Part shown: in pieces, positions 25,101 to 36,590 of the stretch | Layout: each line of letters begins with the position of its first letter | Position numbering within the stretch: position 1 is the first letter of the stretch | The notes under the pieces: generated by a model | Databases searched by the model: none | What the model saw: the letters and a program-made list of their open reading frames with translations, nothing else | What the model was told of the DNA's origin: nothing | DNA from: Ramazzottius varieornatus | Lineage: Eukaryota > Animalia > Tardigrada | Assembly: GCA_001949185.1 (NCBI GenBank) | Contig: BDGG01000001.1 | Location: 5,865,591-5,929,590 of the forward strand | DNA length: 64,000 nucleotides | Reading direction: 5' to 3' | Translations under genes and position numbers: made by a program

Positions 25101-25679
25101 TACCTTTTTGGGTTTTATCAGGGTTTCTGTCCCGGTAAAAACCATGAAACTCTTTTCAGCCCCGGGGTGCCCAAATCCCGTGAAATCGCAAGCAATCTCG
25201 TAGAACAGAAATGTTTTACATAGCAAATCCTGTTGGTGAAAAATCTTGCGCCACCCAGATCCCGGCTGACTATAATCTCTGACCTACTCTTGCACTTGAA
25301 TTGCTTTATGCGATCCCTGATGCCACGGCCACAAGTAACCCAAATAACGACATGAAAACGACCGGTTTTACAGTGGGATATATAAGTTTATGGGACATGA
25401 AAAAGTTATTTACTATTAATAACGATAGTTTATCCCGGAAATAATGAATCGCGGGATTTTGGAATCCGTCATTTCTTCACGATTGAGCTTCCAGTTTGCC
25501 GTCCTTTCCGCCTGTCCCATTGTCTGTCGTCGTCCGTGTACGAGGAAAACCTTACTCAGTATAGACGTAATGAAATAAAATTTCCGCATTGAGCTTCGCG
25601 AATGATGAAATGACCGCAACGATTTGCCAAGTTCATGTTCCCTGTTAGCTTGCAGATATGTTTTACATACGACTATTCT

Positions 25680-25817
25680 AAATATTGGCTGCATCCGCGC
25701 ATAGCGTCATTGTACACGTGAATTACAGCCCTGGACCGGTTTCACGGATTGCGCAACCCCCTACTGGGGTGTATCGTCGCGTATGTATACGTACTGCGCG
25801 GATGCAGCGAATATTTC
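25680..25817. mobile_element. MITE, same family as 43502-43646
   Basis: Inverted termini aaatattggctgcatccgcgca / tgcgcggatgcagcgaatattt; shared core tttcacggattgcgcaac. Confidence 0.7.
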
Positions 25818-26191
25818 AAGTGTGCACAGGAAACTTGTGACGCAAATGTTGTAACAGATACCTGGTGAAACAATTACTTAGGCCTGGCCTCACATTTCTG
25901 CCGGTACAAACGAAGAGCATATGTATGTGAAGCTTACACTTACAAGAACTAGAAAGGATCAGAAGCACCTCACCCTCACTTGGTCCCGGTTCGTTTTTGC
26001 AATCAGGCCTGGTATTTCTAACAAGGTTTTGACCTGCAAAAGTATCCCTTGCTAGGAGTACATTCGATTGTAGAAAGTTATAACAGTATCAGAATTCGGC
26101 TATGGCACATCTAGCCCTTCTCCGTGAGGACAGCTTGACAGATTACTCTCCTCGATACAGTTTCCCATAAAGAAATGGCTCTTGTGTGGGT

Positions 26192-27558
26192 TCAGTCCAA
26201 TCCTGTCCAATGAGGGAGGAAGTAATCATTTTCTCTGTAGTTTCGAGCTATCGCCGAGTGCGGTCTCGCCCAGTGATTGTAATAGACGACGTCCAGAGCA
26301 TCACCCTGATAGGCACCCCACCATCCAAGTGATCCCACAGACAGGATAAGGTGATCTGCAAGCATCAGCATTGCTAGCGTAACAACTGGATCCATGCTCT
26401 CCACGAACACGATATTGGCCACACCCTCGAAAGCTGTTCGGCACCAGGAAACATCATCACTGACAGCGAAAAGCATGGCGCCAGGATACATAGCACTCAT
26501 TCGAGCAATTGCACGCAAAAAATATCGTTTGTTCGTGGCAGAATAACCAGGCGATGCGAGACCCGGCTCAAGAGCCATCTTGCGGAAGACAGATATACCG
26601 ATGAGCACATCAACATCTTTCTTCGCTTCCAAACCAGCGAACAGTTTCTTGGCGGCTTGATCGTAGATGTCCTCTTTGAGTACAAACTGATAGTCGAGGA
26701 GAGGTTTATATTTGTGAAAGTACTTCCACGATTGAAAGGACCCTCGAAGAACCGATACTTTGGCGTGTTGCTTTGCTGTGCTGGCTACTGGACTGCGAAT
26801 GTCCATCCGACGACGGAGAGACTTGTCGAAAACACCCGGGGTGGAAACGATAAACACAGTTCTGTTAAGCAATCCTTGCCGGAAGCTTTGGCTATCTTGC
26901 TTTGACAGTAGCTGTGGTGAGTAAAACTCGTGCATGAAATTTTCCGAGTGCAAAATCGTTCCCGTGAAGACAGCTGGAAAATAGATAGATGTACGCTTAC
27001 GAATAACTGCTCACGCGATGTATTTGGTACCCCTTGGTTGCTCACCTTTTCGGGCACTGGCCTCCGCCATGCCGATAGTCGCAGCGGCAATAAAAAGGAA
27101 ATCACCTAGGTCCGCATTTGATGGTATCTCGCCGGTTACGAAGAAGGTGTCTAAATATTGTGTTTCTTCTTGAGCTCGTCCTGGCAGGGACAGCATCCAG
27201 TCCGACAAAACTGGTCGTGGTAGTGAAAGACGGCATTGCACACGTGCTCTTATACGCTGGGTCACGTCATACGCTACCGGGAGGTGTTTCCCACATGCTC
27301 GATACGCGGGTGCTCCTCGGCGCGTCTCTGCAAGTAACAGTTATGATACGGACGGGTTAGGTAAAATAACTACTCATGGCACCACTTCACGATGGTTTAT
27401 GTTTATGTACCCAGAACGGGCTCACCAGTGAACAGAGATCCTGTGAACTCGATCAAGGTAACAGAGGAGGACGACGACAAAATAAACAACAGAACGGCTG
27501 CGGTTGTAAACCCAACGGCGGTCAACCAGTATGTCGATGATGCTGATTTCCTATACAT
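26192..27558 (-). CDS. Alpha-1,2-fucosyltransferase-like (GT11); exons 27558-27411, 27327-27046, 26973-26192 (403 aa)
   Basis: N-terminal TM; ADLGDFLFIAAATIGMA (GRLGNQMF-like), LRGSFQSWKYF, YFLRAI, FAVSDDVSWC, DHLILSVGSLGWWGAY, DYFLPHW. Both GT-AG introns are phase 1 and keep the frame open. Confidence 0.85.
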
Positions 27559-27801
27559 CACTAGAACACTTTCATAAAGTTTCGAAAATGTTCCGTCCAG
27601 TGTAAATTTATAAAGCGTCAGATACCTTCCAAAATAACGAATCACGTTTAGAGAAGTCATGAATTGCAGCTTGAGCTGATTACTGCACCATTTCAAGTAG
27701 TGCTCACTTCGAGTTAGCAGTGTAACTTAACCTTCAGAGCACCTAACCTTGCGTGACGTACGGCAGAGGCTGACGAGGAGTTCGGGGAGATCAGGGATGT
27801 T

Positions 27802-29509
27802 TTAATCGAAATTGCATGAAAATGTTATTTCCCGGCTTTCCTTAATTGAGAGAGGAGATCCGTAGAGGATGAATCGGTAAATCTGACCCAGGAAGGTCGG
27901 ATTACTACGCATGGCCGTAAAACTCAGATTTAAAGCATCGGTTATTGTCATTACCCCAACTTCAACATCTCCTTGCAAAGGAAAAAGTCGTGCTTTATCC
28001 TGCAGCTCCTTTTGGGATAAATGCAACGTCTTCGGACTGAGGGCGTCTTCTAACCGTGAACTTGTAGGTTTCCTAATGTAGTACATGTCGGAAGTCATTA
28101 TTAAGCCTTGCATATTGTCTCGCTGCACCGCAGTGCTGGTCTCCGATGATTGCCTACAGAGGTAAAGCTGCGTTCCGGCGAATGACTGTGACAGGTGAAC
28201 GATCAAAGGTCCGGTCAATTCCGTGGTCGAGGGAGCATGGACGACTAGACGCTTCGGTGCAAGGTTCTTCAGAATCGAACGAAGTGAAATATATTCCGCG
28301 TTCGTGAGATCGTTGGGTTCGAACTGCGTTCTTTGTCGTTGCAGAATGTATTGCACCGACAGTCCGTCGACGGGCGGTTGAAATTGGCAGGAACTTGCAA
28401 GCTGGAGTATTGGTAGGCCAGGATTCACAATATCTCGAAACATCTGTGCAAACGATGAGTCTCTATTGAACAGCTCCGAATACGACAGTTCATGGGTCTC
28501 ATCTGGAACCAAAAGTCTGGTGTTCATCGTTTGTTCGATAGAATAGGCTTACAGTTCGCAGAGCAGAAGCATATGGTTTGCACTTACAGTCGTCGTCGTT
28601 ATGGACGTAGAAATGCCGCTTCCAGTTGTTCACATGCGCATGACGGAACTTGGCCCCTTCGTCTCCATAGTAGGTGTACATTCCTTTGTCGGCAAAGTGG
28701 ATAGTCTTCCGGTACGTTGCGTTCGCCCCGTATAGCCTCATGGGAAACACACAAGCGTTATACATGGCAGCGATTGGGTTCTTTCCACAGTAACCTCTAA
28801 AGTTGACTTCGTATTCATGCAGCCATTCTCTGACGAAGTCGGTGTTGGGCCGGCAAGCGAATCCTCCACTGCTGATGAAGGTTTGACCCTTCCAGAAGGT
28901 TTTCCCGAAGATACAGTCATAACGTTTTAGCCACTGTACAAGCTGAGACCGCTGACCAACAAAGTAGATATCGAAGTCAGCAAGGAACCCACCGTAATCT
29001 TTCGCTGCTTTCAGCTTGAATAGGTCCGCTTCCTGTTCTATCGTGATGAGCCTCCTGCCATTAGCCCAAAGAATTCGTTTGATCGGTATGACTTTGATGT
29101 GATTTTTCACGGCGTTCCAATAAGGCCCGGCGAACTCAGCATTCGTGTGTAGATAAATTGTTACCGGATGAAGGCGTTTCACAGCGGACACAATCGAAGC
29201 GTACTGGAGTACCTTGAGGTCGTAAGGAACTGCGCTTACCCGGTTCTCTAGCCACACGTAATGTACCAAGATATCTTCAGGTCTCTCAGACTCTTCCCGT
29301 ACCCATTGTTTAGCGCTCCTCACGCGAACTAAATAGCACACGATGCAGCCCACAGCCAAGACTACCACGAGACTGGGTCTGTATTTTAACAAAGAACAGG
29401 CCAGCCTATGGCGTCGACCACGCAGGAGCAATTGGTGTTTCCTGTGGTCTCCGCGTCCTGTGCGGGAATTTCTACTTTCGGGGAATACAGTCATTGTCTC
29501 GCTGGGCAT
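27802..29509 (-). CDS. GT32-like (alpha-1,4-glycosyltransferase, DXD) with ~200-aa C-terminal extension; exons 29509-28588 and 28502-27802
   Basis: TM segment LVVVLAVGCIVCYLV; motifs ILVHYVW, ASIVSA, EADLFKL...YGGFLADFDIY, FVREWLHEY. An 85-nt intron (GTAAGT...TTCCAG, 28587-28503) joins in frame to ETHELS..SSFAQMFRDIV. The 3' end could include further splicing. Confidence 0.8.
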
Positions 29510-29571
29510 CTAGTGAGATTCGACATCTCAGGGCCTCGATTTCAAAGTGTTTCTGGTCAGCGCAGTATTAC

Positions 29572-30232
29572 GCTCTGTTTCATCTACCGATGGGTGGTAC
29601 TTTCAGCCTCCTGGCCAACCCATCCGAAATTTTTTATGGATTCTTTTAAGGCCATAGTTCTTAGTTCGCGAAGCGGGTCAACTTGGCCGTTTTAGAAAGT
29701 TAAGATCAGTTCTTGATCATCCCGCTACGGGGGAAGATCTACTGATAGGATCTCTGATCCTCAGTATGTACGATCCTCCACACAGTCGTACGCGTGAATC
29801 CGTCCCGGGTAGTGAGCACGCGGCAGACCGGCCAATCAACGGTCAGCTGTCAATCAGTCCAGCATGAATGTGCAGTATCACACACGGTGAGCCCAGCGTG
29901 CCGTTGATCACCTGTTTATGTACTCAAGGCGCAAATCTGTNNNNNNNNNNNNNNNNNNNNNNNNNNNNNNNNNNNNNNNNNNNNNNNNNNCCTACCCGGG
30001 ACGGATTCACACGTACGACTGTGTGGACGATCGTACATACTGAGGTTCAGAGATCCTATCAGTAGATCTTCTCCCGTAGCGGGATGATCAAGAACTGATC
30101 TTAACTTTCTAAAACGGCCAAGTTGACCCGCTTTGCGAACTAAGTACTATGGCCGTAAAAGGATCCATAAAAAATTGTGGATGGGTTGGCCAGGAGGCTA
30201 AAAGCACCACCCATCGGTAGATGAAACAGAGC
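29572..30232. mobile_element. Long-TIR foldback element spanning an N gap
   Basis: Arms of ~240 bp (29572-29812 and 29991-30232) are near-identical reverse complements with scattered mismatches. Confidence 0.65.
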
Positions 30233-31048
30233 TTAGCTTCAGACAGGCTACGTTTGTAACTTTCCAGTGGACGTAATTGAACAGGCTTACTCATGCACTT
30301 GGCAAATAACAAAATGGCATTGTCTACATGCACGAACTGTACGCGATCAGGCGTATCAGTATCCATCAGTGATTTCGGTTACGTGACTGCTGAGCGGAAC
30401 TTTGTCGCAGGTGTAGCATGATAAGCAGTAGTCACTGACTCCGTCTGACCTGTTGGTTGCGTCAATGGAACCTTCAAATAGAACTCACCGAGAACAGCTA
30501 AGGGTTAAAACGCCAACCACTTACGAACAAGACCGGATGACCGGAAGCGGTTTCGATCTAGTAAACTTTGAACCGTCATCTGTCGTCACGAATGCAGACA
30601 ACTCCCGACACATCCGCGCCATCTGTGTCGAAACTCGAGGCCAGACGCGAGGCGCTTTTGCGCAGCTTAGCTGGTTGCAAATATCGCTGACAAATTCTGC
30701 AGTACGAGGTACAGGACATAATTCGGGCACAGCGGTTTTCGCACCATAATTCGGGCATATTTTCCCTCAGTTCCTGTGGCACGTAATCACAAGCGTTTGT
30801 TTCTGGAGGTACATTGGTCTATCTACTCAAGGTCTCAACAGGTTTGAGAACGGGAAAATGTTGTAGGTCAGGGCAATCTATCGTGGGAGACACATGGGTC
30901 TGTCCAATGTTAAAAAACCTAAAGTTGTACCAACAGACGTATGATGAGGTATCAATCAAGCCTTGATCACGATGCTTAAACTTTTCGCGTTGCCCGACTT
31001 GTGATGCGAGAATCGCTATGCCCGAATTATGTCCTGCACACGCATGAC

Positions 31049-31658
31049 GAGATATTACGGGCCAGTAAAAATTATGGGCTACTAAAAATTATGAGCCAGT
31101 AGAAATTACGGGCTGGGCCCTTTCGCTGCGGCGGTACGGGCAGGTGATTCTTGCTGCAATTAAAAACCAGCATCGAAGGCTGTACTGCTGTACGTACGTG
31201 CTGGACATTGGGCCGAGGAGCAAAAACATGTCATATTAATATTTATTGTGTGGTATCTTCGACATAACGTAGAACGGTGCTGCGCGGAAGTTTGAAGACT
31301 GGAGCTGCTTCGCATAGTGCCATTCCATTCCCGACACCAGATAGAGCATCCTTCAGGGCTTCTTCGGTGCATCGTCGATACCGTTTAATCTTGAAGGGCT
31401 GGGACATTTTCAAAAACGCTCACGGAAAGGATATCGGGACAAGGAGTCCAGAGCTTCTCCGAGAGAAGGTTGAATGTCTATGCACAGTGAAACAGCTGAT
31501 CAGCTGACGGCCACTGTCCATGACAATTTTCTACGGTTGAATTTACAGCGTTCGTCATTTGTCCGATTTCTGTTTCTGACTTCCATACATATTGTAAATT
31601 TGCCGTCTTTTCCGCCTGGCCCGTAATTTTTTACTGGCCCGTAATATCTCGTCGTGCA
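31049..31658. mobile_element. MITE of a family also seen near 25490, 32670 and 47340
   Basis: TIR (g)acgagatattacgggccagtaaaa / ttttactggcccgtaatatctcgtc; shared internal cagctgatc(a/g)gctga and tttgccgtc(t/c)tttccgcct motifs. Confidence 0.6.
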
Positions 31659-32673
31659 TGTACCCTCGAACGACTTACCACGTTGTTATTGTACGTGGTA
31701 AGTGGTACCAGCTCAAAATATCGTTTGCCTACAATGCTGACCACGAATGTCGCGTAACCGAAAATCAATGTCAACTGACTTTTCTATTAACCAGTCTTGC
31801 GTTTGATGATATATCGTTCGCTCACACTCCCGATGGTGCAGAATACCGAAGAGCTATTGAGTAATAACCACACCTTTTGATGCGTGTTAGTAGCCGTGAC
31901 GCTTTGTACAATGCTATTTGACACTGACGTTCACTTTTGAAGAATCACGAAGGTGTCAGTAAGAGCCGCTGCCCGCTGGATGTTTTGAAGTATTTCATGG
32001 AGCGATATATCAGTCGCTTAATAGTACGGATCATGTGACCGGTAAAATTTGGTGACCTAGACAAGGAAACATGGGCCATTCTTGACTGCCGCTCTCGCGT
32101 CACGTGACAGGTTCAAGGCAAACCTTAAATGTCCAAAATGTAGTTAGCATACTTTATTCTCTCGAAAGAGTCGCGCAATCCCGTGATACGCCCGTAAATA
32201 TTACTTGGTGAGGGTAAAGACATCGCAACTGTTGCGATGTCTTTACCCGCAACTGCGCAACTGTATGTTAACTTGCCGTACGTCCAACTGGTGTAGATAT
32301 CGTTTTTTTTCATATTCCCAATGAGTGTGGGAGGCCGATTGGTTATTTTGTCAAATTCGTAAGTTTCGATGCGTTTTAGTGGCTTTGGCTCTTTCGAGCG
32401 TTACTGCTTTATAGTACCACTTTGTAAGTTCAGTTTCAAAGGTATCCGATGATGACGTTGAGAGTTTCAGTTCTTAATGGAATGACGGTTCGATCAGCTG
32501 ATATGATGGTTGATCGGTCATTACGCGAAACGATATTTCGGAAGTTGGTTTTGTTGTTAGCTGATATTCAAAGTTAATCAAACCGCCAGTTAAATATTTT
32601 GCCGGGACAATATTCCGGTCATAGAATGGTCTTTCTCACCACTCCACTGACTTGCCTTATTATCGCGCCCGTA

Positions 32674-32869
32674 CACCCACGATGGGAAGTTATGGGAAAG
32701 TGAAAACTATGGAATAAGCTTTTCGCTACGGCGCTACGGAAGCACGTACGTACGCGACCGATTCACAGTAATACACTTTCCGACACTTTTCTACGGTCGA
32801 ATTTCCATTTAGCCGTCCTTTCCGCCTCACCCACGATTTTGACTGTCCCATAAATTCCCATTGTGCGTG
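32674..32869. mobile_element. TA-flanked MITE
   Basis: ta|cacccacgatgggaagttatggga ... tcccataaattcccattgtgcgtg|ta. Confidence 0.65.
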
Positions 32870-32927
32870 TATTGTTGGTTATAAATCGCCTGCCATCGCG
32901 AAGACCGTGGGTGCAAAGTTGTCGCTA

Positions 32928-33190
32928 GGCCCGACTTCCTCTGATAACGTAGACTGGCCGAAAAGTCACGATATAATGTATCGATTATCTAGCTAGACCG
33001 ACTAGAGCACTGCCAGAAAGCAGAAACCGATCAAACGCCAATCGGTTATTGGTAACAACAACAAACTCGCCTTTCATTGGCGTTTGATCCATGTCCTTCT
33101 TTGGCAGTGTTGTGGTCGGCCTGGTTAAGTAATCAGTGCATTCTATCGTGACGTTCTGTGCCAGTCCATGTCATCGGAGGAAGTTAGGCC
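32928..33190. mobile_element. Foldback MITE
   Basis: Degenerate palindrome: ggcccgacttcctctgataacgtagactggc / gccagtccatgtcatcggaggaagttaggcc, with inner atcaaacgccaat / attggcgtttgat. Confidence 0.65.
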
Positions 33191-33983
33191 AGGCCATACC
33201 GCTACTTGGGTGAGTACGAGAAAAGTCACTTGATATCCTTCAGGTCGCATATCTGCCTTGATAGGGTTTTTGTGGTCGAGAAGCTGCGTGGAGTTGTTCG
33301 ATTACGTTTCGGGGACTCTCAGTGTCTACGTATGTCCGTAGCAGCAGCAGTCAAAACAAGCACATGCTGATCGATCCATTTTCCCAAAAGACAACGCCCA
33401 CGGTTTGCGAGTGGTTGATAATTCGAATATTTGCACACGTCTGTGTTGAGGGCGTCTTGTCGCGGAATGGCTGAAAAGTCAGTGCCATAGGCCATCCCAT
33501 TTTCAGTTACGCACTTTGGTCGAAAGTATGACTTCATGGATCAAATCCAGCCTACTTGCCACGCTACTGCCAACCCCTAGTGGTTGCAAACACTGTTTAT
33601 GCCTCTATAACTTACTTGTGCAATTGCTATTGGATGGTGTGTGAATCAATATTTAGATACATAAGACTCGCAGTCTCTCCGCTGTCAGCCGAACCCCGCA
33701 TACGAACTGGTTAGCCTGCGCGATGAAACTCGCTCTGCCTAGTAAAATTATCGTGCCGGTACGGTAGACACTCAGAGACAGCTGAGCGCAAAGCAACTTA
33801 CTCCATCTCTGATCACCATTCCCTCCGTCAGTTACCCCACATCGGTCTTGCGAGCTGCAAACGTTGATAGCACCCTGCTTAGCTTGACTTTATTATTCAG
33901 CATTTCAACCGTTGAGTACGTTGAACTACCTGCACGTCTCTTTTAGTCAGGTTTGATTATCGTAATTTTTTTACGATTCGGAG

Positions 33984-35007
33984 ATGCCGAGACAAAAGCA
34001 ACTGGCGATAAAGCGCACGGAAGCTGGTGCACAGCGAGCTCGGAAGAATGTTTCTCGTCCTCCCCCACAGCCCTCCAGCCCCAGAAGCTCCCGACGCGAA
34101 CTGAGCCCGGAATACAGCAACATCGAGTCTCCAGCTTCGTCACCCCGTACTCCACCATCCTATGTTTCATCCACCCCTACTCGCATCATTACTCGTGGAG
34201 ATCGCTTCAGAACTGATCTTGTGGCCGATGAGCCTGTCGTCGTCCGACGTCCCAAGCCTGGCACAAAGAAAATCGTCGATGCCGGAAGACGCTCGACTCA
34301 AACCGAGAAGGTTATCCAGAAGAAGCGACAGAAACCTGGCGTGCTGGTCCTGAGGGATATTCGCCGACTGCAGAATACCACACAGTCGCTGATTCCCAGA
34401 GCACCCTTCAGCCGACTCGTCCGAGAAATTGCACTAAAGAGCAGTGTTCATGCTGATCTCCGTTTCCAGCAAGCTGCTCTACAAGCGTTGCAAGTAAGGA
34501 AATTCACACAAGCTGTTCTCAAATCGCATAAAAAAATAACGTAGAAAAATTGCCTGGAAAGGGTTTTGATATACCCTGTGTACTGTAGATCGCACGAAGT
34601 ACACAGTATCCCTGACAAAAAGTTGAGCACATGGTCGGTCTAATTTTGATAATACATATTGACACATTGAGCAGTCCAGGGAAATCTGACACATCAATGA
34701 ATTCAATGTCGAAAAGCACTTTTTTATTTTCAGGAAGCTGCTGAGTTCTACCTGATCTCCATGTTTGAGGATGTGAACTTGTGCGCTGTCCATGGACGCC
34801 GAGTGACTATCATGCCACGCGATATTTCCTTGACGCTGAAGAGTACGCGATGATATGTTTTTTTTCTTTCTGCCGATAGACTTCTGTGCGAAAAAAGTGT
34901 GCTGACAATTTATCTTATCCTCTTTTGCAGTTCGAGGAGATACCCGCTTTCGGTCGTTGCAAGAGCGAGGACTCGTCTCAGTCCCTGCCATTCGAACTCA
35001 ACGTTAA
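33984..35007 (+). CDS. Divergent histone H3 variant, cenH3/CENP-A-like (copy 1); exons 33984-34493, 34734-34842, 34931-35007 (231 aa)
   Basis: Histone fold [49 protein letters not shown]|[36 protein letters not shown]|IRG; canonical GT-AG introns; long S/P/R-rich tail. Confidence 0.88.
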
Positions 35008-35691
35008 ATATTTTTCACCCTACTCCAAGGCCTCCGCAAAGAAAGACTTATCATTACCGCACAAAAAGGCAGCCCGACACGTACTAGAAAGTGGAAGAAA
35101 CAAATAGCCTGACGGTTTTTCGAACATCAACCGGTCAAATAAAATTGGAAATCATTTCTCTTAGAAAGTAACGTTATAGTGTACTTTCCGTTCTCATCTT
35201 TAGTATTACCACGATGTATATTAGCTAGGAGATTTTACATCTGTGCTTGAGTTTGTCTGCCGTTGTCGTGGCGTTGTTGTCCCATTCGTATAGTCCACAC
35301 CAGATTCGTTATTCATCATCATCAAATTATCATAGCGCGCTGATTTTATCCAGTCCCAATAATTGGCTGAGAAACTGCAAATTGATTTTCGACGTTGCCG
35401 ATATTTCTCCGTTAGAAGCTTGTGGTTTACCATACAAAAGAGTATCGGAAATGCTGTATGCTGTACGTTCTGACAAAACCAAAGTGCTCAAAGCGAATTG
35501 TGAAGGAAGCAAGGCAAGTGAACCCCTCATGTGAAAGAACAAATAACAAAGCAGCATTTGGCATTGAAAAGGTTTAAAACTTTAACGCATTCAAAATTCT
35601 TTCAGTTCAATTAGGGAGGTAGATTCAATCTGTTTTCTGGGGAAAGTGAGGAGATGTATCCTCCTGACGAACAAAACAGCATGGTCGACAT

Positions 35692-36590
35692 TTAAAATCG
35701 AGCAGCTGTTTGTCTTGCACCGACAGTCCGCACGGTTCCTCGCTGATATTTTGGGTTTCCGGGAACTGAAAAAGGGATCTAACAATTTAGAATATAGCAG
35801 AAATAGAACTGTCGATAAGTCGAAGTTTCTCTAATCAATACATACTTCTCACAGTCAGTGTGATGTCCCTCGGCATGATTGTCAGTCTACTTCCATGGTG
35901 TGCACACAAGTTCACGTCTTGAAACATCACCACCATGAAGTGCTCTGCCGCTTCCTGAAAATGTCTCTCATCACAGAATATCAACAACTGTTTCGCTTGT
36001 AAGAAAATACATCGAGGACGACCTACCTGCAGCGCTAGCATGGCTGCAGACTGAAAGCGGATATCGAGTTTCATTTCCCTGCAATCTCTCGAACAATACG
36101 ACTGAAGGGAAGCTTGGGGATGATCATCTCCGACGTGGCTTGCAAGCGACGGATCTCCATCAAGGCGACCACACCCGGCTTACGACGAGTCGTCCCGATG
36201 ATCTTCTTGGTCTGCTCTCATCGGCGGCCTGCTTCCATCCCCAGCGAGCATCTGTTTGAAGCCGATGTCTCAGCTTGAGATGCCATGGACTGCTTGCTTC
36301 TGTCGTTGCAGCGGCTGGAAGCGGTCAGTTCGTCGTGAGATGGTACGGGACGCGGACGATCGAGGAACTTTAGGAGTGGCTTGGGCGGATGGAATGTCCC
36401 TTTCCTCGACAGATTCGGCTTCAGAATGGAGTTGGCCGTTGTACTCCGGGCTGCGGCGGGCTTCTTCAGTCAGGTTCGAAGAAGGTCTTGGGGATGATCG
36501 AGTTGGCGCAGCAACATGCTTTCTGGCAACTTGGGGAGCTTCCACACGACCCAGAGTCTGCTTTCGGGGAGTCTGCTTGGTTCGCGGCAT
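35692..36590 (-). pseudogene. Histone H3 variant pseudogene (copy 2)
   Basis: Starts MPRTKQTPRKQ; fold [29 protein letters not shown] /frameshift/ [17 protein letters not shown]|[36 protein letters not shown]|IPG. It has in-frame TGA stops and frameshifts, and the same intron positions as copies 1 and 3. Confidence 0.85.
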
